Shown here: piece after piece, positions 40,108 to 50,418 of the stretch | Layout of the letters: each line of letters begins with the position of its first letter | How positions within the stretch are numbered: position 1 is the stretch's first letter | From: Candidatus Tayloriibacteriota bacterium | GTDB taxonomy: Bacteria > Patescibacteriota > Minisyncoccia > Phycocordibacterales > PALSA-1337 | NCBI GenBank assembly: GCA_052034805.1 | Contig: JBPOID010000005.1 | Coordinates: 119,985-183,984, forward strand | Reading direction: 5' to 3' | Length of the DNA stretch: 64,000 nt | Notes under the pieces: generated by a model | Databases searched by the model: none | Told to the model about the DNA's origin: nothing | The model's input: only the letters and a program-made list of their open reading frames with translations | Translations under genes and position numbers: made by a program

Positions 40108-40587
40108 CTATCTCGGTTGTATACAATATGCATAAGTTGTAGAACAATCTATACCCGGACTAGGCAAAAGACTAGTAAAATTCGTTTTTGGTGAATCTAC
40201 CAAGGCACTATTATTATTTTCTAGAACTGCTTTCAATACGAAATCTGTAGGTGTAGTAGCATTATTCACACCATAAGAATATGAACTTCCAGGAGTAGGT
40301 GCTGTAGGAATCTTGGAAATAAAATTCGCAAGTGTAATACCGGAACCAGAAGGACAACCAGAAGCATCAGCAAGCTTTGGCATACCATTTAATTCTCTAG
40401 GATACTGATTACATCTATCAAAATATAATTCCAATGCAAGATTCAAATGAGCTAAATCAGATATTCTCTCTGCATCTCTAGCTTTTGATTTTGATGTTGC
40501 AAAGTTCGCAGTAACTATAGCTGTGAGTATAGCAATAATAGCTATGGATACTAGTAATTCTATTAGAGTAAAACCTTTTTTGTTCAT
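40108..40587 (-). CDS. Type IV pilin, GspG-like
   Basis: KG|FTLIELLV; KARDAERISDL...LELY. Confidence 0.9.
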   Translation of the reverse strand: MNKKGFTLIELLVSIAIIAILTAIVTANFATSKSKARDAERISDLAHLNLALELYFDRCNQYPRELNGMPKLADASGCPSGSGITLANFISKIPTAPTPGSSYSYGVNNATTPTDFVLKAVLENNNSALVDSPKTNFTSLLPSPGIDCSTTYAYCIQPR

Positions 40588-40594
40588 ATATAAA

Positions 40595-41095
40595 TTAATT
40601 ACAATCAGTATCAGTACCGTCGGTTAATGCATCAGCAACAGTAGCGTATGCAGTGCCGGATATATTTGTATTTCTAGAAACACCATTACTATCTATGCAC
40701 CAGAATGTATTTGCTACTTTTAATGGAGCTACAATAGCATAGGCATTAGAAGTTACATTACAGTATAAAGCTTGATCGTTATTTAGAGTTTTTATTTGAA
40801 TTAAAGCATTTTGAATATTGGTATTTCGGAAAATAGTACCCGGAGTAGATAATGTAGAACAATCTTCACCAGATATATCTGTACCTGTATTATTATAACT
40901 ACTACCTATATTCTCATATTCTATAGAAGCAGATGATCTAACAGAACTCAAATCACCTTTCACAGATGTATCAGAAGCTTTTGTCTTTGCATTATTAAGA
41001 TTTGATAATACAACAGATGATAATATACCTATAATAGCTATTACTATTAGAAGTTCTATAAGAGTAAATCCTTTTTTCATATTTTTAGATTTCAT
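40595..41095 (-). CDS. Type IV pilin
   Basis: KG|FTLIELLIVIAIIGILSS; WCIDS.G. Confidence 0.9.
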   Translation of the reverse strand: MKSKNMKKGFTLIELLIVIAIIGILSSVVLSNLNNAKTKASDTSVKGDLSSVRSSASIEYENIGSSYNNTGTDISGEDCSTLSTPGTIFRNTNIQNALIQIKTLNNDQALYCNVTSNAYAIVAPLKVANTFWCIDSNGVSRNTNISGTAYATVADALTDGTDTDCN

Positions 41096-41161
41096 ATTTA
41101 TATTTATTGATTAATTTTAACATAAAATCTTAATAAAGAGTTATCAACAGATTTTATAATA

Positions 41162-41197
41162 AATAATAAAACCACCTGTATTAGGTGGTTTTATTAT
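41162..41197 (-). terminator. Terminator after the candidate major pilin
   Basis: AATAAAACCACCT-gtatt-AGGTGGTTTTATT. Confidence 0.75.
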
Positions 41198-41218
41198 CCT
41201 TAAGATAATAAGAAAGAA

Positions 41219-41689
41219 TTATAGACAAGCGGTAGCGGAAGCAAGAACTGCTGCAGCTTCACCCTTTGAAGCACCTGAATTATCTATACACCAGTAGTTA
41301 GCTGTACCTTCTGCTGATTTTAGAGGAGAAGATATCAACCATGCATCGTTTGCAGCTGTAACGTGACAACTAACCTTTGTTGTTGCACCAGCGTTTGTAA
41401 GTACAGAATCAATTGATGTAGCTCCAGAAGCATTCTGAGCTGATGTCATAGCGGCTAATACATTTGCATTTGCACAAAGTCCTGAATAACTATTTGGACT
41501 GTTGCTATCATACAACATCTCTGCTTGTGCTCTTATACCAGCCAAGTTTTCCTTTATATTTGCATTTGCACCCTTTCCTCTCGCTGTGTTCAATGAAGCA
41601 AGAACAACTGATGACAATATACCGATGATTGCGATAACAACTAGAAGCTCAATCAATGTGAAACCTCTTTGTAAATATGTTTTTTTCAT
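41219..41689 (-). CDS. Type IV pilin (candidate major pilin)
   Basis: RG|FTLIELLVVIAIIGIL; Ala-rich; own promoter region and terminator. Confidence 0.9.
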   Translation of the reverse strand: MKKTYLQRGFTLIELLVVIAIIGILSSVVLASLNTARGKGANANIKENLAGIRAQAEMLYDSNSPNSYSGLCANANVLAAMTSAQNASGATSIDSVLTNAGATTKVSCHVTAANDAWLISSPLKSAEGTANYWCIDNSGASKGEAAAVLASATACL

Positions 41690-41822
41690 ACTATATAAAC
41701 TTAAATTAAATTACTATTAAATTAACCTTTTAATTACTACTTTATGAGGATAATTATATCAGATTGCCTCATAAAGACCACAAATATCAATGTGGATAAC
41801 TATATTTTATAAGTAAATTATA

Positions 41823-43031
41823 TTATTGTGAAGATGCTACGTTATATATAGGTATTAGAACTGAGGCTAGAAGTATGGCTACTCCTGCTCCTAGAGAAAC
41901 TATCATAAGAGGTTCTATGAGATCTACTAGTGCATCTACGGCTGTTTTCACCTCTCTTGCATAGAAATTAGCTAATGTTTTCAATATACTACCTAATTCC
42001 CCTGTTTCTTCACCAACTCTCATCATTTGAATCATAATTCCAGGAATTTCACCATTACCAGACAATGCTTCTGACATAGGTTTTCCACCTTTAACATCAT
42101 CTAGGGCTTTGTTTATTATATTTTTATATATTGAATTATCTATAACAGATGAGGTGAGCTCCAATGCTCTAACCATAGGAATACCTGATACAAGCATTGT
42201 ATTCATATTATCTGATAGACGGGCCAAATATAATTTTCTAAACAAAGTACTTATATAAGGAATACTTATTTTCAATCTATCATAAGCAAATTTACCAGTG
42301 GGTGTTCTTATATATCTAACGAGGAAAAATCCACCTATAATAGCCACGGCTAGAAGTATAAAACCATAACTAACAAAGAAATTACTTATACCCAAAACTA
42401 TTCTTGTATATATAGGTACTTCCTGACCAGAATCTACTATAATTGCACTTATTTTAGGTATAACCATAGTGAACATAAGTATCATAACGGTTACGAAAGT
42501 TATTATAACGAAAGCTGGGTATATGAGGGCGCCTTTGGCCTTTGTAACTAATTCATATGTTCTATCTAGATAATCAGCAAGATAATTAAAAGTTTCGTCT
42601 AATTTTCCACTTTCCTCTCCTGCCTTTACCATATTTACATAAAAATCAGAGAAAACTTTTGGATGTTTCGCTAATGATGCAGAAATAGAACTACCAGCTT
42701 GTAGATCATCTGCCACCATTGCTAATTTCTTACCTAAGGCTTTATTATCTGCTTCTGTAGACAATAGACGGAAAATACGTAAAGCAGAAACTTGAGCTTG
42801 GAAAAGTGTAGCTAATTGTCTAGAAAGTATAACAACGTCTTTATTTGATATACGATCCAAGAAAGATAGATTCATATTGAGGAAAGAACCACCTTCTCCG
42901 GCTTCTTTTATAGATGTTATGATAAAGCCTCTTCTTTGTAGAGAAGATATGGCGATATCAACATTGATAGCATCTATTGAGCCATCTTTCTTTGCACCTG
43001 TTTGATCTACAGCTTGATAATTAAAAAGCAT
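41823..43031 (-). CDS. pilC: Type IV pilus platform protein
   Basis: RQLATL, GEESGKL, ALIYP, GEETGEL, LIEP. Confidence 0.95.
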   Translation of the reverse strand: MLFNYQAVDQTGAKKDGSIDAINVDIAISSLQRRGFIITSIKEAGEGGSFLNMNLSFLDRISNKDVVILSRQLATLFQAQVSALRIFRLLSTEADNKALGKKLAMVADDLQAGSSISASLAKHPKVFSDFYVNMVKAGEESGKLDETFNYLADYLDRTYELVTKAKGALIYPAFVIITFVTVMILMFTMVIPKISAIIVDSGQEVPIYTRIVLGISNFFVSYGFILLAVAIIGGFFLVRYIRTPTGKFAYDRLKISIPYISTLFRKLYLARLSDNMNTMLVSGIPMVRALELTSSVIDNSIYKNIINKALDDVKGGKPMSEALSGNGEIPGIMIQMMRVGEETGELGSILKTLANFYAREVKTAVDALVDLIEPLMIVSLGAGVAILLASVLIPIYNVASSQ

Positions 43032-43034
43032 ATT

Positions 43035-44093
43035 TTATATCATTTTTTCCAAAACTTTTGGATTTAAGGAATTTGTATAAGCAGTTTCTACTGTTATTTC
43101 CCCACTTCTCACCAGATCCGCCAAAGATCTATTCATATCCACCATACCGCTACTGGAACTTGTTTCTATAACTGTATTTATTTCATGAACTCTTTTCTCT
43201 CTTATTAGATTGGATACTGCACTATTGTTTATCAATAATTCATAAGCTGGTATAAGTCCACCAGATACACGGGGTAATAAACGTTGAGAAAATATTCCAG
43301 TCAAACTTCCTGCTAACTGCACGCGTATTTGATCTTGTTGCGCAGAAGGAAATGAATCTATTATACGATCTATGGTTTGAGCGGCATTGTTGGTATGAAG
43401 TGTAGAAAATACCAAATGTCCTGTCTCAGCCGCAGTAACTGCTGTTGATATAGTGTCTATATCTCGCATTTCTCCTAAAAGACAGACATTTATATCTTCA
43501 CGGAACATAGAGACCAATGCACTGTGGAAATTAGGTGTATCCATACCTATTTCTCTTTGATCTATAATAGATTTCTTTGATTCATAAACATATTCTATAG
43601 GATCTTCTATTGTAACTATATGTTCTGATCTTGTTTGATTTATTATTTCTATAAGAGATGCTAAGGTTGTTGTCTTTCCCTGACCTATAGGACCCACACA
43701 GAGGAAGAAACCTTGATGTTTCCTAGTGAAAGATTCTAGTATTGGAGGAAGATTGAGTTCAGCTAAAGTCTTTATATTCTTTGGTATAAGACGCAATGCT
43801 ATCGATATACCATTTTGTCTATAATATGCATTTCCACGGAAACGTATATCCTTTGCACTATATGAAAAATCAACTTCTTTATCTTTTTCAAAATCTTCTT
43901 TATTTTTATCGGAAAGAAATTGATTGAGAAATCCTTTCATATCATTCTCTGTAGTCAAACTTTTCTTTACTATTGGTATAAGATTACCAGAAACTCTTAT
44001 TATAGGGTTTCTACCTACAGCCAGATGTAGATCCGAGGCACTCTCATCAACCACAGTATCTATTAAATCTTCTATTTCTTTTTTATATTCCAT
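43035..44093 (-). CDS. pilT: Pilus retraction ATPase
   Basis: ASDLHL, G..GQGKTT, TIEDPIE, GEMRD, AAETGHLVFSTLHT, NLIRE. Confidence 0.93.
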   Translation of the reverse strand: MEYKKEIEDLIDTVVDESASDLHLAVGRNPIIRVSGNLIPIVKKSLTTENDMKGFLNQFLSDKNKEDFEKDKEVDFSYSAKDIRFRGNAYYRQNGISIALRLIPKNIKTLAELNLPPILESFTRKHQGFFLCVGPIGQGKTTTLASLIEIINQTRSEHIVTIEDPIEYVYESKKSIIDQREIGMDTPNFHSALVSMFREDINVCLLGEMRDIDTISTAVTAAETGHLVFSTLHTNNAAQTIDRIIDSFPSAQQDQIRVQLAGSLTGIFSQRLLPRVSGGLIPAYELLINNSAVSNLIREKRVHEINTVIETSSSSGMVDMNRSLADLVRSGEITVETAYTNSLNPKVLEKMI

Positions 44094-44095
44094 AA

Positions 44096-44485
44096 TTATT
44101 TTTTCATTGCACCTTTAGAATTGGTATAAATTCTATTTACTTCTGATAATACTTCTGATGGTATAGTTGTAGCCTTTATGATATATCCATCTACATTTAG
44201 CTTTTTTGCACGAGCTATATCATCAGAAAGGCCTTGATTTGTAAGCATTATAACTACAGCATTTTTTGCTAAATTTTCTTTTCTAATTACCGTTATGAAA
44301 TCAACACCATCCATACCAGGCATAACAACATCCACAAGCAATATATCTGGTTCGAATCCTTCGCGTATTATCTTCAATGCATCTTCTGGACCCTGTGCCA
44401 CGCGCACATTGTAACCACTCTTTGAAAATTTCAAAGAATACATATCAAGAAGAAACTTATCATCATCAACGAATAGTATATTCAT
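44096..44485 (-). CDS. Single-domain response regulator
   Basis: VDDD, D..MPGMDG, MLTN, YIIK. Confidence 0.92.
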   Translation of the reverse strand: MNILFVDDDKFLLDMYSLKFSKSGYNVRVAQGPEDALKIIREGFEPDILLVDVVMPGMDGVDFITVIRKENLAKNAVVIMLTNQGLSDDIARAKKLNVDGYIIKATTIPSEVLSEVNRIYTNSKGAMKK

Positions 44486-44497
44486 GAGTTTATTATA

Positions 44498-46213
44498 CTA
44501 GAGCTTATTTACTTCTTCAAATGGGATAACTTTATTGAAAGCCTTTATCAAAGCATCTTCTTTCATAGTTAACATTCCCTTTTGGCGTAGGACCTTGCTT
44601 ACACCAAGTTCAGTAGGATTATTCAAAATAATATTTTCTATTTCTTTATCCATTCTAAATGCTTCGAATACTGCCAATCTACCTCTTATTCCCTTTGGAC
44701 ATTCTGGTGTAGGTGATATCTGATATACAGTATCAGAGAAAGGAATATCTTTTTTGAATTGAGTAGGAAGATCAGAGAATTGTTTCTCTATCATCATCTT
44801 TATACTACCTTCTACAGGCATTATCTTGCCACCACCAGGACATAGAACACCTACAAGTCTCTGAGCAATAGCCATAATAAGAGTAGGAGCAATAAGATAA
44901 GGATCAACACCCATATCTATAAGACGAGGTATAACTCCAGCGGCATTGTTGGTGTGAAGTGTAGAGAACACTAAGTGACCAGTAAGAGCCGCCTGCACCG
45001 CAAGCTGAGCTGTTTCTTTATCTCGAATCTCACCCACCATGATAACATCTGGGTCCTGACGAAGTGTTGTACGTAGTCCAGTGGCAAATGTATAGCCTAT
45101 TTCCGGATGAACCTGACTTTGATTCACACCTTCCATGTTATATTCGATAGGATCTTCTAGCGACAATACATTCATACCCTCTCTATCAACTTCATTTAAC
45201 ATAGAATAAAGAGTTGTGGACTTTCCAGATCCTGTAGGACCAGTTATGAGTATTAGTCCATAAGGTCTTTGTATGGCTTCTTTTATCATTTCTAGATTTT
45301 TCTGCGTCATACCAAGATCATCAAGCTTTCTCACACCCTTTTCCTGATCGAGAATTCTCATAACCACCTTTTCTCCATAATATGTAGGAAAAGTAGATAC
45401 ACGGAAATCTATTTTCCTACCTTCAATACGCGCGGAGAATCTACCGTCTTGTGGTTTTCTCCTTTCATCCAATTTCATATTTGAAAGAACCTTTATACGA
45501 GCCACCACAGCATTGTGAACTTGCGATGGTAGAACAAGACTAGTATTCAACACTCCATCAACACGGAATCTAACTCTAACTTTATCCACCATATGTTCTA
45601 TATGCACATCAGAAGCATTACCTTCTGTAGCATAACGAACAATAGTAGCAACAATCTTTACTACTGGAGCATCCTCCATGATAAAGGTTTCCTTTTTATC
45701 ACTGGCTTTTGTTTTATTCTGATCTATAACTGCTTCTTTATCTACAGAAAGAACAGTTTCTAGTTCAGAAAGAGCTTTAGAAACTTCACCGGATAAGCCT
45801 TTATATGAATCTATAACTTTATTATAGTCATCAATACTTATAAGAAATACTTTATAAGGAATATTGCTCTTTGAAGCAATAAAGTTCAAAGCATCTCTAG
45901 CTTCTATATTATCTGGATCTACAATACCCACCTCGAGCATTCCATCCTTTATGGCTAATGGTACGAATTTGTAATAAACAGCTGATTCTTCTGGTATATA
46001 ATCCAGAGCTTCGAATTGAACAGGGTTTTCACCGAGATTTCTTATGGGTATATTTAGAAATTCACTTCTTACTGACAATATATCCTCAACTTTTACACCA
46101 CTTTCAATAAGAACCTTATCCATGGATTCTCCATTATCCATTCTTTGACGGATTTTCTTTATATCTTCTTTGGATATGAGATTTTTCTTTAGAAGTAAGT
46201 CTAATATATTCAT
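44498..46213 (-). CDS. pilB: Pilus assembly ATPase
   Basis: ASDVHIE, PQDGRF, GPTGSGKSTT, LRQDPDVIMVGEIRD. Confidence 0.95.
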   Translation of the reverse strand: MNILDLLLKKNLISKEDIKKIRQRMDNGESMDKVLIESGVKVEDILSVRSEFLNIPIRNLGENPVQFEALDYIPEESAVYYKFVPLAIKDGMLEVGIVDPDNIEARDALNFIASKSNIPYKVFLISIDDYNKVIDSYKGLSGEVSKALSELETVLSVDKEAVIDQNKTKASDKKETFIMEDAPVVKIVATIVRYATEGNASDVHIEHMVDKVRVRFRVDGVLNTSLVLPSQVHNAVVARIKVLSNMKLDERRKPQDGRFSARIEGRKIDFRVSTFPTYYGEKVVMRILDQEKGVRKLDDLGMTQKNLEMIKEAIQRPYGLILITGPTGSGKSTTLYSMLNEVDREGMNVLSLEDPIEYNMEGVNQSQVHPEIGYTFATGLRTTLRQDPDVIMVGEIRDKETAQLAVQAALTGHLVFSTLHTNNAAGVIPRLIDMGVDPYLIAPTLIMAIAQRLVGVLCPGGGKIMPVEGSIKMMIEKQFSDLPTQFKKDIPFSDTVYQISPTPECPKGIRGRLAVFEAFRMDKEIENIILNNPTELGVSKVLRQKGMLTMKEDALIKAFNKVIPFEEVNKL

Positions 46214-46236
46214 AATCTAATTATCAATCTTAAAAA

Positions 46237-46572
46237 CTATTTCTTTGCCGGAGTAGTAGGAGTAAGTCCGAAAGTAGCGAGGAATGGATTAGGTTTACCG
46301 ACATTCTGTTCTGGAACTATAACAGTATGATCAGAAAGTGATTTGTATACATTACTTGTAAAGAAATTTGGATCTATCTTTATTGCATTAACTTTATTCA
46401 ATAAACTTAGAACTTCCATACTATCACCAGGCGGTGCAGAAACTGATGAAGTTTCTATAGAAGATGCTGTATCTACAGGATTTCCTTTCATATAGAAATA
46501 AGCAAGCAAAGAAACAACTATAATTACTACTATTGCTATTATTGATTTTTTTGATGATTTATTCTGTTGCAT
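46237..46572 (-). CDS. Pilus-locus membrane protein (PilP position)
   Basis: TM then C-terminal GKPNPF; follows pilO-like. Confidence 0.7.
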   Translation of the reverse strand: MQQNKSSKKSIIAIVVIIVVSLLAYFYMKGNPVDTASSIETSSVSAPPGDSMEVLSLLNKVNAIKIDPNFFTSNVYKSLSDHTVIVPEQNVGKPNPFLATFGLTPTTPAKK

Positions 46573-46578
46573 ATATCT

Positions 46579-47166
46579 TTATTTTAACCAATAAGTTTTA
46601 ATCTCAACACCGAATTCATATACATTAGGAGTATCGGATTTTGAAATTGTTATTTTTGATATATCTATTAAACGTAAACTTGATTCTAGATCTTTCAGAA
46701 AATCTATAAAGGTCTGATAGGAAGAAAGTACACTAAATGACATAGTAACGGTACCATATTTCTCAGTCGGTTGTTGTATTTGCTCTGGAGTATTTATCTG
46801 GGTTTCTTGATTTGTTCTTGCATCTTTCTTTTGACTATCAGGAGAATCAGTCTTTATATTTTTCAAAACCAAACCATGATTTCTAGCTATATCATCTTTT
46901 ACATCTATAATAAGACGAACATTATCAACATTATCTGGTAATAATTTATTTAGTTTATATCCTATATCTACTGGTTTTATAGCATTAAAATCTTTTAACA
47001 GACGATCTCTTATCTTTATGAGATTATTCGCATTAGTCATCGCTTTAGTATATTGATCATTAACAGCTTGAATTGCTTTCAATTCATCTATTTTTGCTTG
47101 AGTAAAGGTAAAATATATACCTATTCCAAGAACTATTAGTATTAAAGCTGTTACATTTCTATTCAT
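46579..47166 (-). CDS. pilO: PilO-like protein
   Basis: LLP, Y..F..FL..LE...RLIDI, TY. Confidence 0.8.
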   Translation of the reverse strand: MNRNVTALILIVLGIGIYFTFTQAKIDELKAIQAVNDQYTKAMTNANNLIKIRDRLLKDFNAIKPVDIGYKLNKLLPDNVDNVRLIIDVKDDIARNHGLVLKNIKTDSPDSQKKDARTNQETQINTPEQIQQPTEKYGTVTMSFSVLSSYQTFIDFLKDLESSLRLIDISKITISKSDTPNVYEFGVEIKTYWLK

Positions 47167-47167
47167 A

Positions 47168-47866
47168 TTATTTATTATTTGAAGTACTTGTAGCTGTACT
47201 ATTATCGTCCTCTATAAGCAATCCTTCTTTTCTCAATGTATCATCAAGTATCTTTGAATAAGATATATCAGATTCAGAGATATTAGCAGAAAAATCAAAA
47301 CTCACATTTCCCTGTTCATCTACAGATAGATTGGAAAGTACAGGATCCTTTATTATTTTATTTGTACCATATCTATCAGATCTACCGAAAACATCAGATT
47401 GCCAAGCCACACTACTATAACTATTAGCTAGACCTTTCATATTTATTTTATATGACTTTGAACCAGTATTATTAGGATCAGATTGTGAACTTAATTCCAT
47501 ACCCTTGAAATATACTCCTTCTATTGTAAGGCCTGAAATTATACTGAAAACTTCAGAAACAGCAGAATGACTATTTAATAAATCTTTAGCTACGGATATC
47601 TTTACACTAGCCTTCTCTAGATCAGCTATTGTCTTTTTATCGAATTGACTTTCTTTTTTCTTTAAATCTAATTTTAATTGTTCTTGAGTCGAAATAAGAT
47701 AATCTTTACCGACAAAGGTAAGCACCGCACCAGCTACTGATGCGATAAAGACTATAATTCCTATTATCATAAAAACACTAGCACCAGCACCATGAACTCT
47801 TACGCTCTGTTGTTCTGGTAAAAAAGGTTTTTTAGGAATAAAAGATGTTTGGAATTTTGTTTCCAT
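47168..47866 (-). CDS. PilN-like protein
   Basis: SFIPK, TM, coiled coil, G.A.SY..VA.Q; lies between pilM and pilO. Confidence 0.7.
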   Translation of the reverse strand: METKFQTSFIPKKPFLPEQQSVRVHGAGASVFMIIGIIVFIASVAGAVLTFVGKDYLISTQEQLKLDLKKKESQFDKKTIADLEKASVKISVAKDLLNSHSAVSEVFSIISGLTIEGVYFKGMELSSQSDPNNTGSKSYKINMKGLANSYSSVAWQSDVFGRSDRYGTNKIIKDPVLSNLSVDEQGNVSFDFSANISESDISYSKILDDTLRKEGLLIEDDNSTATSTSNNK

Positions 47867-47943
47867 TTATAAGATAATTATACAGGATAAAAAAACAAAA
47901 AACTAATACAATATGTGTATAAAAGCCTATACTTAATATTATT

Positions 47944-49059
47944 TTAACTTAATTCCGACAATCTTCTTAGGGCTACACCTATAGCTACAGAGAATTCTGG
48001 TCCATATGATTTTAATTTATCATTCAAAAGTGCAGGAGTTTCTAATTTGCCAAAAGGATCAGCAAATACTATTTCATTTCTAAAGCTTATTTTCGCCATA
48101 TCAGTAAAACCCTTGAGTAATACGCCACCACCAGTTAATACAACCTTAGATATATTCTTTGAATATTTCTTTTGATAATTAAGAAGTACTGTATTTGCTT
48201 CATAAAATATATAATCTAGATTTATAGTTATAATTTCTGTTAATTCTTTATATTCTGGGCCACCAGATAGTCCATATACTCTTTTTAGATTTTCTGCTTC
48301 ATTTACACTAATACTCAATGATTTTGATAATGCTAATGTTATGTCTTGAGAACCTCTATTTATAATATGAGATGCTCTGAGTATTCCTCTTTCTACAATA
48401 TATAGTTTTGTAACTCTAGCCCCCATATCTATTATCATATTTGCTTGTATACCCTGTTCGACAACAGAACGTATTGAACTGAATATTTCTATTTCATAGA
48501 AAGAAGGTTTTACATTTACTCTGGAAGTTATGGATTGATAATTATTTATATATTCATTATGAATAGCCACTATCAATACATCCTGACCACGTTCTTGTTG
48601 TACTGTATTTGTAGGATTATCGCTTATAGGTGGTAGAGAATCATCTCTAGGTATAGGTGACCAATCAAGCATAACTTCATTTATGGGTACTGGTATATAT
48701 TTCCTAGCTTCCATAGAGACAACATCTGCCATTTGTTTCTCTTGTAATGGTGGCAAAGTAACAAAAGATATAAGACTAGAAGACAATGGTAAAGCTACAC
48801 CAGCATATAGTGTATTTGTTTTCGCCTCACGCAATATATCCCCCAGAGCCTCTGCTATTTTATCTGGATTAAGATTTGTCGATCTACCTATCTCTATTCC
48901 AGCATAAGGACCCAGAGCAAGCTCTCCATATGTTTCTAGAACTGCCCTACCCCTTTTTTTCTTTATTTGTACTATTTTTATAGCAGAAGAACCGATATCA
49001 ATACCGAGTACGCTTTTGTCTTTCTTTGAAAAGAATGAAAATAGTCCACCCAGATTCAT
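47944..49059 (-). CDS. pilM: Pilus assembly protein PilM (start reassigned to MNLGG)
   Basis: LGIDIGSSAIK, IDMGA, LTGGG, AIGVALR; the ORF-track extension overlaps comF antisense. Confidence 0.92.
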   Translation of the reverse strand: MNLGGLFSFFSKKDKSVLGIDIGSSAIKIVQIKKKRGRAVLETYGELALGPYAGIEIGRSTNLNPDKIAEALGDILREAKTNTLYAGVALPLSSSLISFVTLPPLQEKQMADVVSMEARKYIPVPINEVMLDWSPIPRDDSLPPISDNPTNTVQQERGQDVLIVAIHNEYINNYQSITSRVNVKPSFYEIEIFSSIRSVVEQGIQANMIIDMGARVTKLYIVERGILRASHIINRGSQDITLALSKSLSISVNEAENLKRVYGLSGGPEYKELTEIITINLDYIFYEANTVLLNYQKKYSKNISKVVLTGGGVLLKGFTDMAKISFRNEIVFADPFGKLETPALLNDKLKSYGPEFSVAIGVALRRLSELS

Positions 49060-49089
49060 AAAGCTATTATAGCATGTTAGAATAAATAA

Positions 49090-49761
49090 ATGCGAATATT
49101 TATAAAAAAAATATTCAATCTTATAATTGATTTGATATTTCCACCGAATAAAGAAGAATTGGAAATACGTAAGCTTTCTCCACAATCTTTCAAAGAAAAA
49201 GTAAAAAGGGCCAAAAAGCCCGAATTTTATTTTATAAATGCTGTAATAGCATACAAAGATAGATTGGCAAAAGAGCTTATATGGCAAATAAAGTATAAGA
49301 AAAACAAATATGCTATAGAAATAGCTGGTTTTATTCTATATCAATGGATAAATGAAAATATAAAGGATGATTGTATTCTAATACCCATACCAATATCCAA
49401 AAGACGTAGAAAAGAACGCGGATATAATCAATGCGAATTGATTATAGATGAAATTATTAGATTAAATGAAAAAGATGAAATTAAGAAAATAAAATTAGAA
49501 AAAAATTATAATCTCCTAATAAGAGAAAAGAATCTATCTAAACAAACATTCAAAAATAAAAAAGAAAGATTGAAAGCAAATGATATATTCAAAATAAATA
49601 AAGAATCTTCGAATAATGATTTTTTGAAGGATAATTTCTTGAATAAAAAGATAATAATTATAGATGATGTAACTACCACTGGTAATACATTGAAGGAAGC
49701 TTATTCTGTTATGCTGAAGACTCAGTATAGAAATATCATTGTAATAGCTTTAGCGCATTAG
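49090..49761 (+). CDS. comF: ComF-family phosphoribosyltransferase-like competence protein
   Basis: LIFP, IPIP....ERGYNQ, IDDVTTTG.T. Confidence 0.88.
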   Translation: MRIFIKKIFNLIIDLIFPPNKEELEIRKLSPQSFKEKVKRAKKPEFYFINAVIAYKDRLAKELIWQIKYKKNKYAIEIAGFILYQWINENIKDDCILIPIPISKRRRKERGYNQCELIIDEIIRLNEKDEIKKIKLEKNYNLLIREKNLSKQTFKNKKERLKANDIFKINKESSNNDFLKDNFLNKKIIIIDDVTTTGNTLKEAYSVMLKTQYRNIIVIALAH

Positions 49762-49818
49762 TAGGATCAATAGTGTGATCAAGATATCCTTTCTAATACA
49801 AAATGCTAGAATATATAA

Positions 49819-50343
49819 ATGACTAAATACGTTGCCCTACTACGCGGTATCAATGTCGGCGGAAATAATAAAGTAGAAATGCCAAAGCTCAAAAAAGTAT
49901 TTGAGTCTCTTGGTTTCGAAAATGTTTCCACTTATATAAATACTGGTAATGTTATCTTTGAGACAGATAAAAAAGATTTAGAACCTTTGATCGAGAAAGC
50001 ATTAAAGAAAGCATTCAGATTTGAACTTCGCATAGTTATTCGTGATGCAGAAAACATCAAGAAACTTTGTAAAGAAATTCCTAAAAGTTGGCAAAATAAT
50101 ACAGAACAAAGAACAGATATATTATTCTTATGGAATGAATTTGATAAAGATAAAAGTGTCGATCTAATAAAGACAACAGAAGTAGATACATTGAAATATA
50201 TAGACGGAGCAATAGTATGGAATGTAAACAGAAAAGATATTGCAAAGAGCGGAATGAAAAGATTTATAGGAAGTATTATCTATAAAAATATGACAGCTCG
50301 TAATGTAAATACTGTGAGGAAAATTGGTGAGTTGATGGGATAG
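49819..50343 (+). CDS. DUF1697 family protein
   Basis: YVALLRGINVGG, TYI.TGNV, TARNVNT. Confidence 0.92.
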   Translation: MTKYVALLRGINVGGNNKVEMPKLKKVFESLGFENVSTYINTGNVIFETDKKDLEPLIEKALKKAFRFELRIVIRDAENIKKLCKEIPKSWQNNTEQRTDILFLWNEFDKDKSVDLIKTTEVDTLKYIDGAIVWNVNRKDIAKSGMKRFIGSIIYKNMTARNVNTVRKIGELMG

Positions 50344-50379
50344 TAGGATATTAATAAGAAGTATTTATATGAATGATAC

Positions 50380-50418
50380 TAAGCTCGGACGGCATTCAGC
50401 CGTCCTTGCTTATCATTG
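50380..50418. repeat. tRNA-trailer hairpin
   Basis: 39/39 identical to 16848-16886. Confidence 0.9.

Noticed and set aside
49060-49287. N-terminal extension of pilM
   Set aside because: Antisense to comF; a -10 box sits just before ATG 49059
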